Shown: in pieces, positions 39,521 through 48,553 of the stretch
Layout: every line of letters begins with the position of its first letter
How positions within the stretch are numbered: position 1 is the first letter of the stretch
Origin: Candidatus Onthoplasma sp.
GTDB taxonomy: Bacteria; Bacillota; Clostridia; Christensenellales; UBA1242
Assembly: GCA_051883515.1 (NCBI GenBank)
Contig: JBJETW010000008.1
Span: 81,244 to 145,243 of the forward strand
Direction: 5' to 3'
DNA length: 64,000 nucleotides
Notes under the pieces: generated by a model
The model's input: only the letters and a program-made list of their open reading frames with translations
The model's database searches: none
What the model was told of the DNA's origin: nothing
Program-made: the position numbers and the translations under genes

Positions 39521-40518
39521 AAATGAAAGATTTCAATATCAGTATGACACAATATAATCGCGGTGATATTATCACTGGAACAATTGTAATGATTGGTGAA
39601 AAAGAGGTCGTTGTTGCTCTTGGGGGATTAAAAGAAGGCGTTTTCCCAAAAACTGAATTAGATGCGCCATTTAAAATCGGAGATGCAATTCTTGTTATGG
39701 TCATAGGTAAAGTTGATGATAAAGGTTGCTTGATTTTAAATCACTCAGATGTAAACAAAGCAATCGAAGACAAAGAAAAACTAAAAAATTTAAAGGTTGG
39801 CAGTGAACTAGAATTTTGCGTTGAAAGTTTAAATAATTTTGGTGTGCTTGGAAGTTATATGGGTTATCGAGTTTTCATGCCGTTTTCGCAATGTTCAACA
39901 GACGATTTTGTAAACAAGGAAAGTTTAAAAGGACGCATGATAAATGCAATTGTAATTGAATTGGACAACATTAAAAAATCAATTGTGTGCAGTTCAAAAC
40001 TTTTGGAACAAACAGACATAACACCAATTGAAATAGGGCAAGAGATTCAAGGCAGGATTGTTAAATTAGAAGATAAATTTGCAATCGCGAAACTTGATAA
40101 TGGCTCAAAAGCAAAATTGTCAATTCAAGATGCCAGTTATGAACATATTGACAAGATGTCAGATGTGATTGAATTGGGTGGAACCTATAATTTCAGAGTG
40201 TTGGAATTAAACACGGATTATTCAAGAATAAGAATTGGCATAAAACAACTCGCTCCAAATCCTGCAGATGAAATTTTTGATAAAATCCACGTTGGAGACG
40301 AGGTTGAAGGTGTTGTTGCAAAAATTCTTCCAATTGGGGCAATTGTTAAATTAAACAATGGACTTACAGCTTTGGCGCTTACAAAAGAAAATACTGACAA
40401 ATCTTTTGTTGCAACACATCACATATACAAGTTGGGCGCAAATGTGAAGGGATACATTTCAAATATAAACAAAGTTGAGCACAAATTGAATATAATAACC
40501 AACAAAATCAGTCAATGA
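39517..40518 (+). CDS. S1 RNA-binding domain protein (ribosomal protein S1 homolog)
   Basis: Four tandem S1-like OB repeats (GDIITGTIV..., GSELEFCVES..., GQEIQGRIV..., GDEVEGVVAKI...). It follows plsC as in Firmicutes. Confidence 0.8.
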   Translation: MKMKDFNISMTQYNRGDIITGTIVMIGEKEVVVALGGLKEGVFPKTELDAPFKIGDAILVMVIGKVDDKGCLILNHSDVNKAIEDKEKLKNLKVGSELEFCVESLNNFGVLGSYMGYRVFMPFSQCSTDDFVNKESLKGRMINAIVIELDNIKKSIVCSSKLLEQTDITPIEIGQEIQGRIVKLEDKFAIAKLDNGSKAKLSIQDASYEHIDKMSDVIELGGTYNFRVLELNTDYSRIRIGIKQLAPNPADEIFDKIHVGDEVEGVVAKILPIGAIVKLNNGLTALALTKENTDKSFVATHHIYKLGANVKGYISNINKVEHKLNIITNKISQ

Positions 40519-40586
40519 GTGTAATTTTAATCTAAAATTCGACAAAACTCTTGTTTTATTTTTAAATATGTACTAAGATATACGTA

Positions 40587-41171
40587 ATGAAGAAGAAATT
40601 TCTTACGTATTTTTTATATTGCTTTGCGATAATTGCCATAACAGTGGCAGCTCTTTTGTCGCCAAAAATTCAAAATTCATCAAAAGGAAATTCTTCCTCT
40701 GTGACAACTGGTTCAACTCAAACTCAAGGTGACAAAACCAACGATGTTATAACAATTGATGAAAATGAAGATACGGTAAAAAATGACCCTGTTCCAATAA
40801 TTGAAAATCCTTCTCAAGATGAGAATATCGATAATTCAGTTGAAAATAATGAAGATAATATGCAAGAAGATAACGTTGTCGACGCGGGGATAAACGCTGA
40901 GATTGTTGTCGATTGTGAAGATGAAATTCACACAACGAAAAGCAATGTGAGAATACAATATGAAATTTCAAAACAAGGTTATGAAAATATAAGTCAAAAC
41001 GTGAAAGTATATGTTAGTGATTCTAGCATTGCAACAACACTTGAAACGCCAGTTGACCTTACAATAAAGGTGTATCGCGTTGATGGAGCAAGTGGGAAAA
41101 TCACGCTTTCAATTATTTATACTGATGGCAATTCACAAATTATAAAAAACATATCAATATATTTTGATTAA
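40587..41171 (+). CDS. Hypothetical secreted/anchored protein with an acidic linker (194 aa)
   Basis: N-terminal hydrophobic anchor and a D/E/N-rich region. No SD. TTGTTT-17-TAAGAT lies 7 nt before the ATG. Confidence 0.5.
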   Translation: MKKKFLTYFLYCFAIIAITVAALLSPKIQNSSKGNSSSVTTGSTQTQGDKTNDVITIDENEDTVKNDPVPIIENPSQDENIDNSVENNEDNMQEDNVVDAGINAEIVVDCEDEIHTTKSNVRIQYEISKQGYENISQNVKVYVSDSSIATTLETPVDLTIKVYRVDGASGKITLSIIYTDGNSQIIKNISIYFD

Positions 41172-41174
41172 AAA

Positions 41175-41200
41175 ATAATGACATAAATTGTCATTTTTTT
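41175..41200 (+). terminator. Intrinsic terminator
   Basis: aatgaca-taaa-ttgtcatt followed by T7. Confidence 0.6.
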
Positions 41201-41272
41201 AATGTTAGTTTTATAAAAATTTTTTGAGACATTTAATGTGTTAGTAAATAAAAAACACCATTCAGGTGTTAT

Positions 41273-41348
41273 TGGAGCTGATGGGGGGATTCGAACCCCC
41301 GACCTATTGATTACGAATCAATTGCTCTACCGACTGAGCCACATCAGC
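41273..41348 (-). tRNA. tRNA-Thr (anticodon CGU), CCA encoded
   Basis: The cloverleaf folds by hand: acceptor GCTGATG/CATCAGC, anticodon loop TTCGTAA, T-loop TTCGAAT, discriminator U. 76 nt. Confidence 0.95.
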
Positions 41349-41593
41349 ATTTTTTAGTTCAAATTTTTTAAATATCATTTTAAATTTAAAATCCATTAAT
41401 TTTTATAAGATTTGTTTATTTAAATTGAATTATTATGGAGATTTTAAAGATATTTAACTTTGTATATAATAACATATTTTTTTTGTTTTGCAAATATTTT
41501 TTGGTCGAAAATAATCAAAACTAGATATTAAAAAGTTAATAAGTTTTATTTTGCTTGATTTAATTCAACATTTTTGTTATTATGTATTAAATT

Positions 41594-42931
41594 ATGATTG
41601 CGTTGAAAATTATTGTTGGAATTATCTTAATACTTTTATATTTGGTTATGATGGGAATCATGATTATTTTTGAACGCGACAAACCAAAAAATATTATAAT
41701 TTGGTCGATAATTTTCTTATTTACGACTTTTGTTGGATATGTGATTTATCTTTTTATTAAGCGTGAAATGTATCAAAAACGCAATTCAATTATGTTGAAA
41801 CAGAAAGAAGATGGAATATACACTGGGTTAGTTGGAAAAAATTTGAACACTTTTAATGCTATCTCAGGTGTTGATTTGTTTGATTTCAATGCTCTGGCTT
41901 TCGGAACAGTGGCAACAAAAAATAACGACTTGGAATTAATTTCAGACCATAACAAATTTTTTGTAGACTTAAAGAAAGAAATTAAAAATGCAACTAAATC
42001 CATTGTTTTTGAAATTTCAAAATTTGGAATTGAAAATAAGGAAATCACCGAAGAATTGATTACCAAATCCAACGCTGGAGTGCAAATTTGTATCGTTTTA
42101 GACCAAAGAATTCCAAGGAAATTGAAAAAAGAATTTAAAAATTCAAAAATCAGACTTGTTAGATTTGGTAAACACAACTCAATTGATAAAATATATCAAA
42201 ATAGACGAGATGTTGTTGTGATAGATGGAAGAGTTGCTTATTTATCGAATTTCTATCTTACAGAAAAAGAATTGCAAAATAAAACCGCTATTGAGACTTT
42301 GTTTTTGAAAATTAAAGGAGACATTGTCCAAGACATTACATTAAAAGCATATCAAGACATGTCGTTTGCAAGGGGAAAGCATATAGAAATGGATAAATGT
42401 CCAATTTCAATTTGTGATAATCAAAATGTTATGCAATACATTGCAAATGAATTTGACCAAGAAATTGACCTTTTGATAATCAAAGCAATTTGCTCAGCAA
42501 AAAAATCAATTCAACTTGAACTCAAAGAATTCGTTCCAAGCGAAAGCATTATGTCATTATTGAAATATGCAATAAATTCAAACATTCAAGTGCGTCTTAT
42601 TGTTCCTTTAAAAAGCATCAATAAAGAAAAATATTATGCTTCTCGTGCGTATGCAAAAGAATTGGCATTGCTCGGTGCAGGAGTTTATCTTTTTGATGGA
42701 TACGTCAAATTCAATGCAATCACAATTGATGATGAATATGTTATCACTGGTTCGTTCATATTGGACAGAGACTACATCAAGTCTTCTTTACAAAATGTTC
42801 TTGTGATTAAAGACGAAAAGGTGGTTGACAAATTTAATAAATTGTTTGAAAAAGGAATAAATAACAGTTATAAAATTAACAATGCAAAATATATGCTTTT
42901 GCGTGAAAAGTTTTTCAAAAATTTTATTTAA
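41594..42931 (+). CDS. Cardiolipin-synthase-like protein (two PLD-like domains, HKD motifs degenerate)
   Basis: Cls-type N-terminal double TM (IFERDKPKNIIIWSIIFL...). VVVIDG and ITIDDEYVITGS lie at the expected HKD positions, but H and K are replaced in both (see findings). Confidence 0.75.
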   Translation: MIALKIIVGIILILLYLVMMGIMIIFERDKPKNIIIWSIIFLFTTFVGYVIYLFIKREMYQKRNSIMLKQKEDGIYTGLVGKNLNTFNAISGVDLFDFNALAFGTVATKNNDLELISDHNKFFVDLKKEIKNATKSIVFEISKFGIENKEITEELITKSNAGVQICIVLDQRIPRKLKKEFKNSKIRLVRFGKHNSIDKIYQNRRDVVVIDGRVAYLSNFYLTEKELQNKTAIETLFLKIKGDIVQDITLKAYQDMSFARGKHIEMDKCPISICDNQNVMQYIANEFDQEIDLLIIKAICSAKKSIQLELKEFVPSESIMSLLKYAINSNIQVRLIVPLKSINKEKYYASRAYAKELALLGAGVYLFDGYVKFNAITIDDEYVITGSFILDRDYIKSSLQNVLVIKDEKVVDKFNKLFEKGINNSYKINNAKYMLLREKFFKNFI

Positions 42932-42940
42932 GGAGAAATT

Positions 42941-43777
42941 ATGGTCTTTGGTGTGGCAGGAGTTCCAACCAATTATAAAGGAAAATTTAAAGATTTGTTC
43001 GATTGGCTAAGAAATATGGGTTTGAACGGATATGAAATCCAATGTGTGTATGGATTTAAAATTTCTGACATAAATAAAAATATTTTTTTGTCAGAAAAAG
43101 AAAAGGGAATGTTTTTTTCCATTCATGCACCATATTATATCAATCTTGGAAGCTTAAATGAACAGGTCGTAGGACGTAGCAAGTCCAACATGAAACAAGG
43201 TATTGAACTCGCAAAATCAATTGGAGTTAACCGAATAATCTTTCACCCAGGTGGCGGACATGAAAACACAATTGAAGGGCGAAAAAAGGCAATAAAACAA
43301 CTCATTGATGCAGTCAATGAATTCACACATGAAATTGATATGGGGAACGTTAGATTATACCCAGAAATTGGCGGGAAAACTGCCAATTTAGGTTCCATTG
43401 ATGAAATAATTGAAATTTGCAAGAATTGCGAATTTTGTTATCCATGCATTGATATTGCTCATCTTCACGCTAGAGAAGTTGGCAGTTTGAAAGATAAACA
43501 AGCAATCAAAGATAAATTGTTGAAAATTAAACAAGAAATTCCAGAAAAATTTAAATATATTCATTTTCACGCTTACACAATTCAATATAATGATAAAGGT
43601 GAAATGCATCACCTTGTACATGGTGAAAATATGGACGATGGGCGTGAGGGAAGACCAAATTTGAAGGAATTTGTTGAAGTTTTGCATGAATTAAATGTTG
43701 ACCCTTGGGTTATTAGCGAAGCGAGCGATAGTCAAGAATTAGGTGCAAAATACATGTTAGATTTGTATAAATCATAA
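42941..43777 (+). CDS. nfo: Endonuclease IV family (TIM-barrel AP endonuclease)
   Basis: The ordered metal-ligand motifs match Endo IV: SIHAPYYINLGS, IIFHPGG, YPEIGGK, CIDIAHLHA, IHFHA, EMHHLVHGE, VISEAS. Confidence 0.7.
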   Translation: MVFGVAGVPTNYKGKFKDLFDWLRNMGLNGYEIQCVYGFKISDINKNIFLSEKEKGMFFSIHAPYYINLGSLNEQVVGRSKSNMKQGIELAKSIGVNRIIFHPGGGHENTIEGRKKAIKQLIDAVNEFTHEIDMGNVRLYPEIGGKTANLGSIDEIIEICKNCEFCYPCIDIAHLHAREVGSLKDKQAIKDKLLKIKQEIPEKFKYIHFHAYTIQYNDKGEMHHLVHGENMDDGREGRPNLKEFVEVLHELNVDPWVISEASDSQELGAKYMLDLYKS

Positions 43778-43782
43778 GGAAT

Positions 43783-44616
43783 ATGCAAAAAATTGAATTT
43801 CAAGTTAAAGAAAGAAAAGAGTTGATTAAGGCAATTATTGATGAATTGCCTTTTCTTTCTAGATTTGATGTTGGGAAGATTTTAGAAAATAAAGATTGCA
43901 AAGTTAATAATGTAAGGACGAAAGATAATATAGGACTTAGTCCAAATGACAACATAACAGTTTTTTATCAAGAAAAAGAGCAAAAAGAGTGGTATGTTGT
44001 TGTATATGAAGATGATAACATTTTGATTATAAACAAGCGCGCAGGAATAGAAGTTGTAAGCGAAAAAGAACGCGACTTGACATCAATTTTAAGGAAAAAC
44101 CATGAAACAATTTTTCCAGTTCATAGGATTGATAGGAACACTGAAGGATTAGTCATATTTGCAAAAAATCAAATTGCAGAAAAGGAATTATTGTCCGCAT
44201 TTAAATCTAGAAATGGAATAATAAAAAAATATGCTCTTATGGTTCAAGGAAGAGTGGACCCAAACAAAATCAAACGAACTGTATATTTAAAGAAATTTGA
44301 CAATTTAAGCAAGGTTTGGATAAGCGAACTGAAATCAACTGGTTATGAAAAAATAATAACCGATTTTGAAGTGATAAAGTATTTTGACGATAAAACACTT
44401 TTGGAAGCGACATTAATAACCGGAAAAACTCATCAGATTAGAGCGCATATAGCATATTTTGGATATCCAATTGTAGGGGACAATAAATATGGAAATTCAA
44501 ACGAAAAGGTCTTGCACTTGACAGCAAATTTTTTAAAATTTGATTTTAACAAAAATTCAATCTTATCGTATTTAAATGGAAAGTCCTTTGAAATTGCTCC
44601 AACTTGGATTTCATAA
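43783..44616 (+). CDS. RluA-family pseudouridine synthase
   Basis: HRIDRNTEGLVIFAK catalytic motif and GKTHQIRAH. Confidence 0.88.
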   Translation: MQKIEFQVKERKELIKAIIDELPFLSRFDVGKILENKDCKVNNVRTKDNIGLSPNDNITVFYQEKEQKEWYVVVYEDDNILIINKRAGIEVVSEKERDLTSILRKNHETIFPVHRIDRNTEGLVIFAKNQIAEKELLSAFKSRNGIIKKYALMVQGRVDPNKIKRTVYLKKFDNLSKVWISELKSTGYEKIITDFEVIKYFDDKTLLEATLITGKTHQIRAHIAYFGYPIVGDNKYGNSNEKVLHLTANFLKFDFNKNSILSYLNGKSFEIAPTWIS

Positions 44617-44680
44617 CATTTAATTTAATTATTCTAAAATTTTAATATTAAATTTACATGAATTGTAAAATAATCAATCA

Positions 44681-44710
44681 AAAAAAAGATTCATTGTGGA
44701 ATCTTTTTTG
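44681..44710. terminator. Bidirectional intrinsic terminator
   Basis: A8, agattc-attgtg-gaatct stem-loop, then T6. Confidence 0.6.
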
Positions 44711-44725
44711 AATGCGAACATTATT

Positions 44726-44962
44726 TTAATTTAGTGAAAATTCATCATTATCATTTAAATCTTCAATTGAAACAATTTGGTCTTTTGATATTATGATTTT
44801 TTTATGACTTTTATCAATTGTACGAATGGTGATAGTGTCAGAGTCTACGGATATAATATTAGCATGAATTTGTTTCTCTTCGTAATGGTCCCAATTGAAT
44901 ATATATGTTTTTAATGTTATCACACAAACTTCACCTAAAAAACTATTAAATGCATCTTTCAT
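44726..44962 (-). CDS. Hypothetical small protein (78 aa), beta-rich
   Basis: Strong AGGAGGT SD 5 nt before the ATG. No family recognised. Confidence 0.55.
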   Translation of the reverse strand: MKDAFNSFLGEVCVITLKTYIFNWDHYEEKQIHANIISVDSDTITIRTIDKSHKKIIISKDQIVSIEDLNDNDEFSLN

Positions 44963-45104
44963 ATAACCTCCTAAAAATCATATCCAACCAATTATAGCGT
45001 TAATCAAAATTTTGTCAATATAAATTTTGAAATTTATTAATAATTTTATCATTTTTTATAGTTTAAAAATATTATGAAAATGTAAAAAACTTTATTAAAA
45101 AGCG

Positions 45105-45133
45105 TTGACAACTTTTTTATTTTATTGTAATAT
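45105..45133 (+). promoter_or_regulatory. SigA-type promoter of the tRNA operon
   Basis: TTGACA, 17 nt, TAATAT, about 15 nt before tRNA-Pro. Confidence 0.6.
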
Positions 45134-45147
45134 AGAAAAGTAATCGT

Positions 45148-45223
45148 CGGGGTGTAGCGCAGTTGGTAGCGCACATGATTTGGGATCATGGGGCCGGGGG
45201 TTCAAGTCCCTTCACTCCGACCA
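45148..45223 (+). tRNA. tRNA-Pro (UGG)
   Basis: Acceptor CGGGGTG/CACTCCG, anticodon loop TTTGGGA, CCA encoded. 76 nt. Confidence 0.93.
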
Positions 45224-45228
45224 CGTAG

Positions 45229-45305
45229 GGGCCTTTAGCTCAGTTGGTTAGAGCAACCGGCTCATAACCGGTCGGTCCGCGGTTCAAGTCCGTGAAGGCC
45301 CACCA
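45229..45305 (+). tRNA. tRNA with CAU anticodon, most like lysidine-type tRNA-Ile2 (elongator Met not excluded)
   Basis: G1:C72 and the ACCGG/CCGGT anticodon stem rule out an initiator. The overall sequence (GGGCCTTTAGCTCAGTTGGTTAGAGC...CTCATAA) resembles bacterial tRNA-Ile(CAU). 77 nt. Confidence 0.85.
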
Positions 45306-45328
45306 AAACCCTAAAGAGTCCCAAATAT

Positions 45329-45405
45329 GGCCCGGTAGCTCAGTTGGTTAGAGCGCCAGCCTGTCACGCTGGAGGTCGAGAGTTCAAGCCTCTTCCGGGT
45401 CGCCA
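45329..45405 (+). tRNA. tRNA-Asp (GUC)
   Basis: Anticodon loop CTGTCAC, discriminator G, CCA encoded. 77 nt. Confidence 0.93.
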
Positions 45406-45409
45406 ATTT

Positions 45410-45485
45410 GCCTCGATAGCTCAGTCGGTAGAGCAAAGGACTGAAAATCCTTGTGTCACTGGTTCGATTCCGGTTCGAGGCACCA
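45410..45485 (+). tRNA. tRNA-Phe (GAA)
   Basis: Anticodon loop CTGAAAA, acceptor GCCTCGA/TCGAGGC. 76 nt. Confidence 0.93.
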
Positions 45486-45514
45486 CTCTTGTTGATGCAG
45501 GGGTTTACGTTCGC

Positions 45515-45599
45515 GGGAAGATTGCAGAGCGGCCAAATGCAACGGACTGTAAATCCGTCGACTTCGTCTTCGGTGGTTCGAATCCACCTCTTCCCACCA
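45515..45599 (+). tRNA. tRNA-Tyr (GUA), class II with long variable arm
   Basis: Anticodon loop CTGTAAA, variable arm CGACTTCGTCTTCG. 85 nt. Confidence 0.92.
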
Positions 45600-45628
45600 A
45601 AATCCTATATAGGATTTATAAATAATAT

Positions 45629-45703
45629 GCTAGTGTGGCTCAATGGCAGAGCAGCTGACTTGTAATCAGCAGGTTGGAGGTTCGACTCCTCTCACTAGCT
45701 CCA
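45629..45703 (+). tRNA. tRNA-Thr (UGU)
   Basis: Anticodon loop CTTGTAA, discriminator U, CCA encoded. 75 nt. Confidence 0.93.
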
Positions 45704-45706
45704 AAA

Positions 45707-45733
45707 AGTCTTCAGTTTTTGAAGATTTTTTTT
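45707..45733 (+). terminator. Intrinsic terminator of the tRNA operon
   Basis: tcttca-gtttt-tgaaga followed by T8. Confidence 0.65.
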
Positions 45734-45766
45734 ATTTGTAAATTTTCTTAAATTTAAATAAAACAC

Positions 45767-45795
45767 TTGAAATTTAAAAACATATTGATTAGAAT
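45767..45795 (+). promoter_or_regulatory. SigA-type promoter placed for a leaderless mRNA
   Basis: TTGAAA, 17 nt, TAGAAT, then 6 nt and the ATG at 45802. No SD. Confidence 0.5.
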
Positions 45796-45801
45796 AAAAT
45801 T

Positions 45802-46833
45802 ATGAGAAAAAATTGTGAAAATTGTGGCGGACGCATAATTTATAGTCCAAAAGATAAAGGAAATAAATGTGAAAATTGTGGCACTATATATCCAGTTGAA
45901 TTTAATTATGAGTTCAACAAAAATTCAATTGAAAATATGCAACAATTTGAAGAACTCACAAATGAAATGAAAACAATAAAATGTGAATCTTGCGGAGCAA
46001 ACATTGTTTTAAGTAAGTATCAAGTTCAAGCAAGTTGTCCATATTGCGGAAATCCAGGGATTGTTGAATTAAAGAATGACAAAATCATGCATATCGATTC
46101 AATCATTCCATTTCAGTTTGATAAAGAAGAGGCTTTGGCAAAATTTAAGTCAAACATAAGACGCAGATTTTATGCCAACGCAAAAATTTTTAAGGATTTG
46201 ACAGTTGAAGACATAAAAGGTGTTTATATTAACGCATTTGTCTTTGATTTGAACACAAGTTCAAAATATTCCGGTGTCTTTAGTTATACAAAAACAATAG
46301 AAGATAAAAATGGAAACAAACAAGTCAAAACTTATTTTAAGAACGTTAATGGAGAATTTGCAAAAAACTATAAAAACATTTCCATTGAAGCAAATTCAAA
46401 CATTGAGCAAAGTGAATTCGTTCAAATTCTTCCTTTTGAATATGCGTCTAGTGTGAAATTTAAAATGGACTTCATGCATGGATACATGTTGGAATATCAG
46501 GATAAAATTTTCAATGAATGTTTTGAAGAAGCAAAGAGAATTGTAAAAAAAGACATTGAAGTCTCACTATTAAATAAATATAATTGTGATAACATTATTT
46601 CATTATCACTTGACACAAACTACTTGGATAAAAAATATAATTACTGTCTTTTACCAGTTTATTTTGTGTCAAAAGAATATAAAAACAAAAATTATAAAGC
46701 ACTCATTAATGGACAAACAGGGAAATTAGGAAAACTTCCAACTTCAGTGGGTCGTGTGATTTTGACCATTTTGTTAGTTTGCATTCCTATTGTATTAGCT
46801 ATTGTGCTATTTGTATTATTATCAAATATGTAG
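45802..46833 (+). CDS. Double zinc-ribbon protein with a C-terminal TM anchor (343 aa)
   Basis: CENCGG...CENCG and CESCG...CPYCG ribbons, LINGQTGKLGKLP, and a terminal TM helix. It resembles a widespread uncharacterised Firmicute family (YdjG-like). Confidence 0.65.
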   Translation: MRKNCENCGGRIIYSPKDKGNKCENCGTIYPVEFNYEFNKNSIENMQQFEELTNEMKTIKCESCGANIVLSKYQVQASCPYCGNPGIVELKNDKIMHIDSIIPFQFDKEEALAKFKSNIRRRFYANAKIFKDLTVEDIKGVYINAFVFDLNTSSKYSGVFSYTKTIEDKNGNKQVKTYFKNVNGEFAKNYKNISIEANSNIEQSEFVQILPFEYASSVKFKMDFMHGYMLEYQDKIFNECFEEAKRIVKKDIEVSLLNKYNCDNIISLSLDTNYLDKKYNYCLLPVYFVSKEYKNKNYKALINGQTGKLGKLPTSVGRVILTILLVCIPIVLAIVLFVLLSNM

Positions 46834-46845
46834 AGTATAAATATT

Positions 46846-46877
46846 AAACACCACTCAATATAGTGTGGTGTTTTTTA
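46846..46877 (+). terminator. Intrinsic terminator
   Basis: aacaccac ... gtggtgtt stem followed by T6. Confidence 0.7.
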
Positions 46878-47074
46878 ATTTTTGCAAAAACAATTTAGAT
46901 TAATATAGAATATTAAATTCCTGTGCTGGAATTTAATTTTTTAATTAAAACTAACAAAAAATATGAAATTTTAAAATCAACAAACTTCAACAAAAAACAT
47001 AGTTGTTTCAACATATGTTTATATTTTTTGCATTTTTGATAGTGCTAGAATACTTTTGAAGGGGGATAAACACG

Positions 47075-47386
47075 ATGGAAATTAAATCAAGGATTGTAAA
47101 CAAAACCTTGTATTTATTGTTGAGCGGAGAACTCGATGAATATTCAGCAGGAAATGTAAGAAAAACGCTTGATACAATTTTAGATACACAAAAGGGTTAT
47201 GTTCAAATTGTTATGGATTTGTCAGAAATGACATTTATGGACAGCACAGGAATTGGAGTTTTAATTGGTAGATACAAAAAAATGAGAGAATGCAACAAAC
47301 CAATTTTTATAACAAATCCAAGCAGAAATGCGGAAAGAATTTTTAAAATGGCAGGGTTGTATGACATCATGCCAAAAATTGTTTAG
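47075..47386 (+). CDS. spoIIAA: Anti-sigma-F factor antagonist SpoIIAA (STAS)
   Basis: FMDSTGIGVLIGRYKK contains the phosphorylatable site. First gene of the spoIIA operon. Confidence 0.92.
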   Translation: MEIKSRIVNKTLYLLLSGELDEYSAGNVRKTLDTILDTQKGYVQIVMDLSEMTFMDSTGIGVLIGRYKKMRECNKPIFITNPSRNAERIFKMAGLYDIMPKIV

Positions 47387-47394
47387 GGGGAAAT

Positions 47395-47826
47395 ATGAAA
47401 AATTCAATGGAAATCAAATTTAAAGCAATTCCTGAAAATGAGGCATTTGCAAGAAATGTTGTTGCAAGTTTTATTTTGCCACTTAATCCAAATTTAAACG
47501 AATTGAGCGATATAAAAACTGCAGTCAGCGAAGCAGTGACAAATGTTGTAGTGCATGCTTATCCTAACGAAACTGGTTATGTGACCATGAAAGTTAGCAC
47601 TTGTGGAAATAGGGTGAATATTACTATTAGTGATAATGGAATTGGAATCCAAGACATTGAGCGAGCATTAACGCCATTTTATACTTCAAAACCTAATCAG
47701 GAAAGAAGTGGAATGGGATTCACTGTCATGGAGAGTTTTATGGACGAATTGGAGGTGAAAAATAATAAATCTGGAGTGACCGTTCACATGATGAAATCTC
47801 TTGAACTTGAAGAAGTAGGTGCATAA
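47395..47826 (+). CDS. spoIIAB: Anti-sigma-F factor / serine kinase SpoIIAB
   Basis: AVSEAVTNVVVHAY (N-box), DNGIGI (G1) and GMGFTVME (G2). Confidence 0.92.
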   Translation: MKNSMEIKFKAIPENEAFARNVVASFILPLNPNLNELSDIKTAVSEAVTNVVVHAYPNETGYVTMKVSTCGNRVNITISDNGIGIQDIERALTPFYTSKPNQERSGMGFTVMESFMDELEVKNNKSGVTVHMMKSLELEEVGA

Positions 47827-48552
47827 ATGCTCACAAACGATGAAACAGCAGAACTTCTAAAAAAAGCACAAAGTGGAGATGATTACGCAAAAGAACAGCT
47901 TATAACTCTAAATTCACCATTAATTAAAAGCATTGTCAAAAGATATATTGGAAAAGGACTTGATTATGAAGATTTGTTCCAATTGGGAGCAATGGGTTTT
48001 GTCAAGGCAATTAATAATTATAACCCTGAATTTAATGTCAAATTTACAACATATGCGGTTCCTATGATTGCGGGTGAAATAAAAAGATTTTTGAGAGATG
48101 ATGGGTCAGTTAAAGTGTCAAGAAGCATTAAGCATAATGCAAATATGATTAAAAATTATGTAAATGAATTTATGAAAACACATTCAACAAGTCCTGATGT
48201 TGAAACAATTTCAAAAGCATTGAATATTGACAAAAACGACATCATTCTTGCCATGGAAGCGAACACCAATCCGCTAAGTTTAAATGATAATTACACAAAT
48301 AGCGAAGACGAGTCAGTGTCAATTATTGACAAATTGAGCGATGGTTTTTCAATTGATAATTTCATTGATAAATTAACTTTGAGAGAATTAATTGAGGGTC
48401 TTTCTTCAAGAGAAAAACAAGTTATAATATTACGTTATTATCTAGACAAAACACAAAGTGAAATTGCAAAAGAACTTGGCATAAGCCAAGTCCAAATAAG
48501 TAGGATTGAAAATAAAGTTTTAAACGAGTTAAAAAATAATTTGATTGTGTGA
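47827..48552 (+). CDS. sigF: Sporulation sigma factor SigF
   Basis: Sigma-70 regions 2-4 (DLFQLGAMGFVKAI, TYAVPMIAGEIKRFLRD, QSEIAKELGISQVQISRIE). It follows spoIIAB. Confidence 0.92.
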   Translation: MLTNDETAELLKKAQSGDDYAKEQLITLNSPLIKSIVKRYIGKGLDYEDLFQLGAMGFVKAINNYNPEFNVKFTTYAVPMIAGEIKRFLRDDGSVKVSRSIKHNANMIKNYVNEFMKTHSTSPDVETISKALNIDKNDIILAMEANTNPLSLNDNYTNSEDESVSIIDKLSDGFSIDNFIDKLTLRELIEGLSSREKQVIILRYYLDKTQSEIAKELGISQVQISRIENKVLNELKNNLIV

Positions 48553-48553
48553 G

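Noticed and set aside
45344-45665. Two ORFs from the six-frame track (93 aa and 70 aa) inside the tRNA array.
   Set aside because: They are translations of tRNA-Asp, Phe, Tyr and Thr genes, which fold into canonical cloverleaves. They have no SD and a G+C-rich tRNA composition.
46878-47074. SigH promoter and Spo0A boxes expected upstream of spoIIAA.
   Set aside because: GCTAGAAT near 47050 could be a -10 (R-GAAT). I could not find a convincing AGGA-type -35 or a TGNCGAA 0A box, so no call was made.
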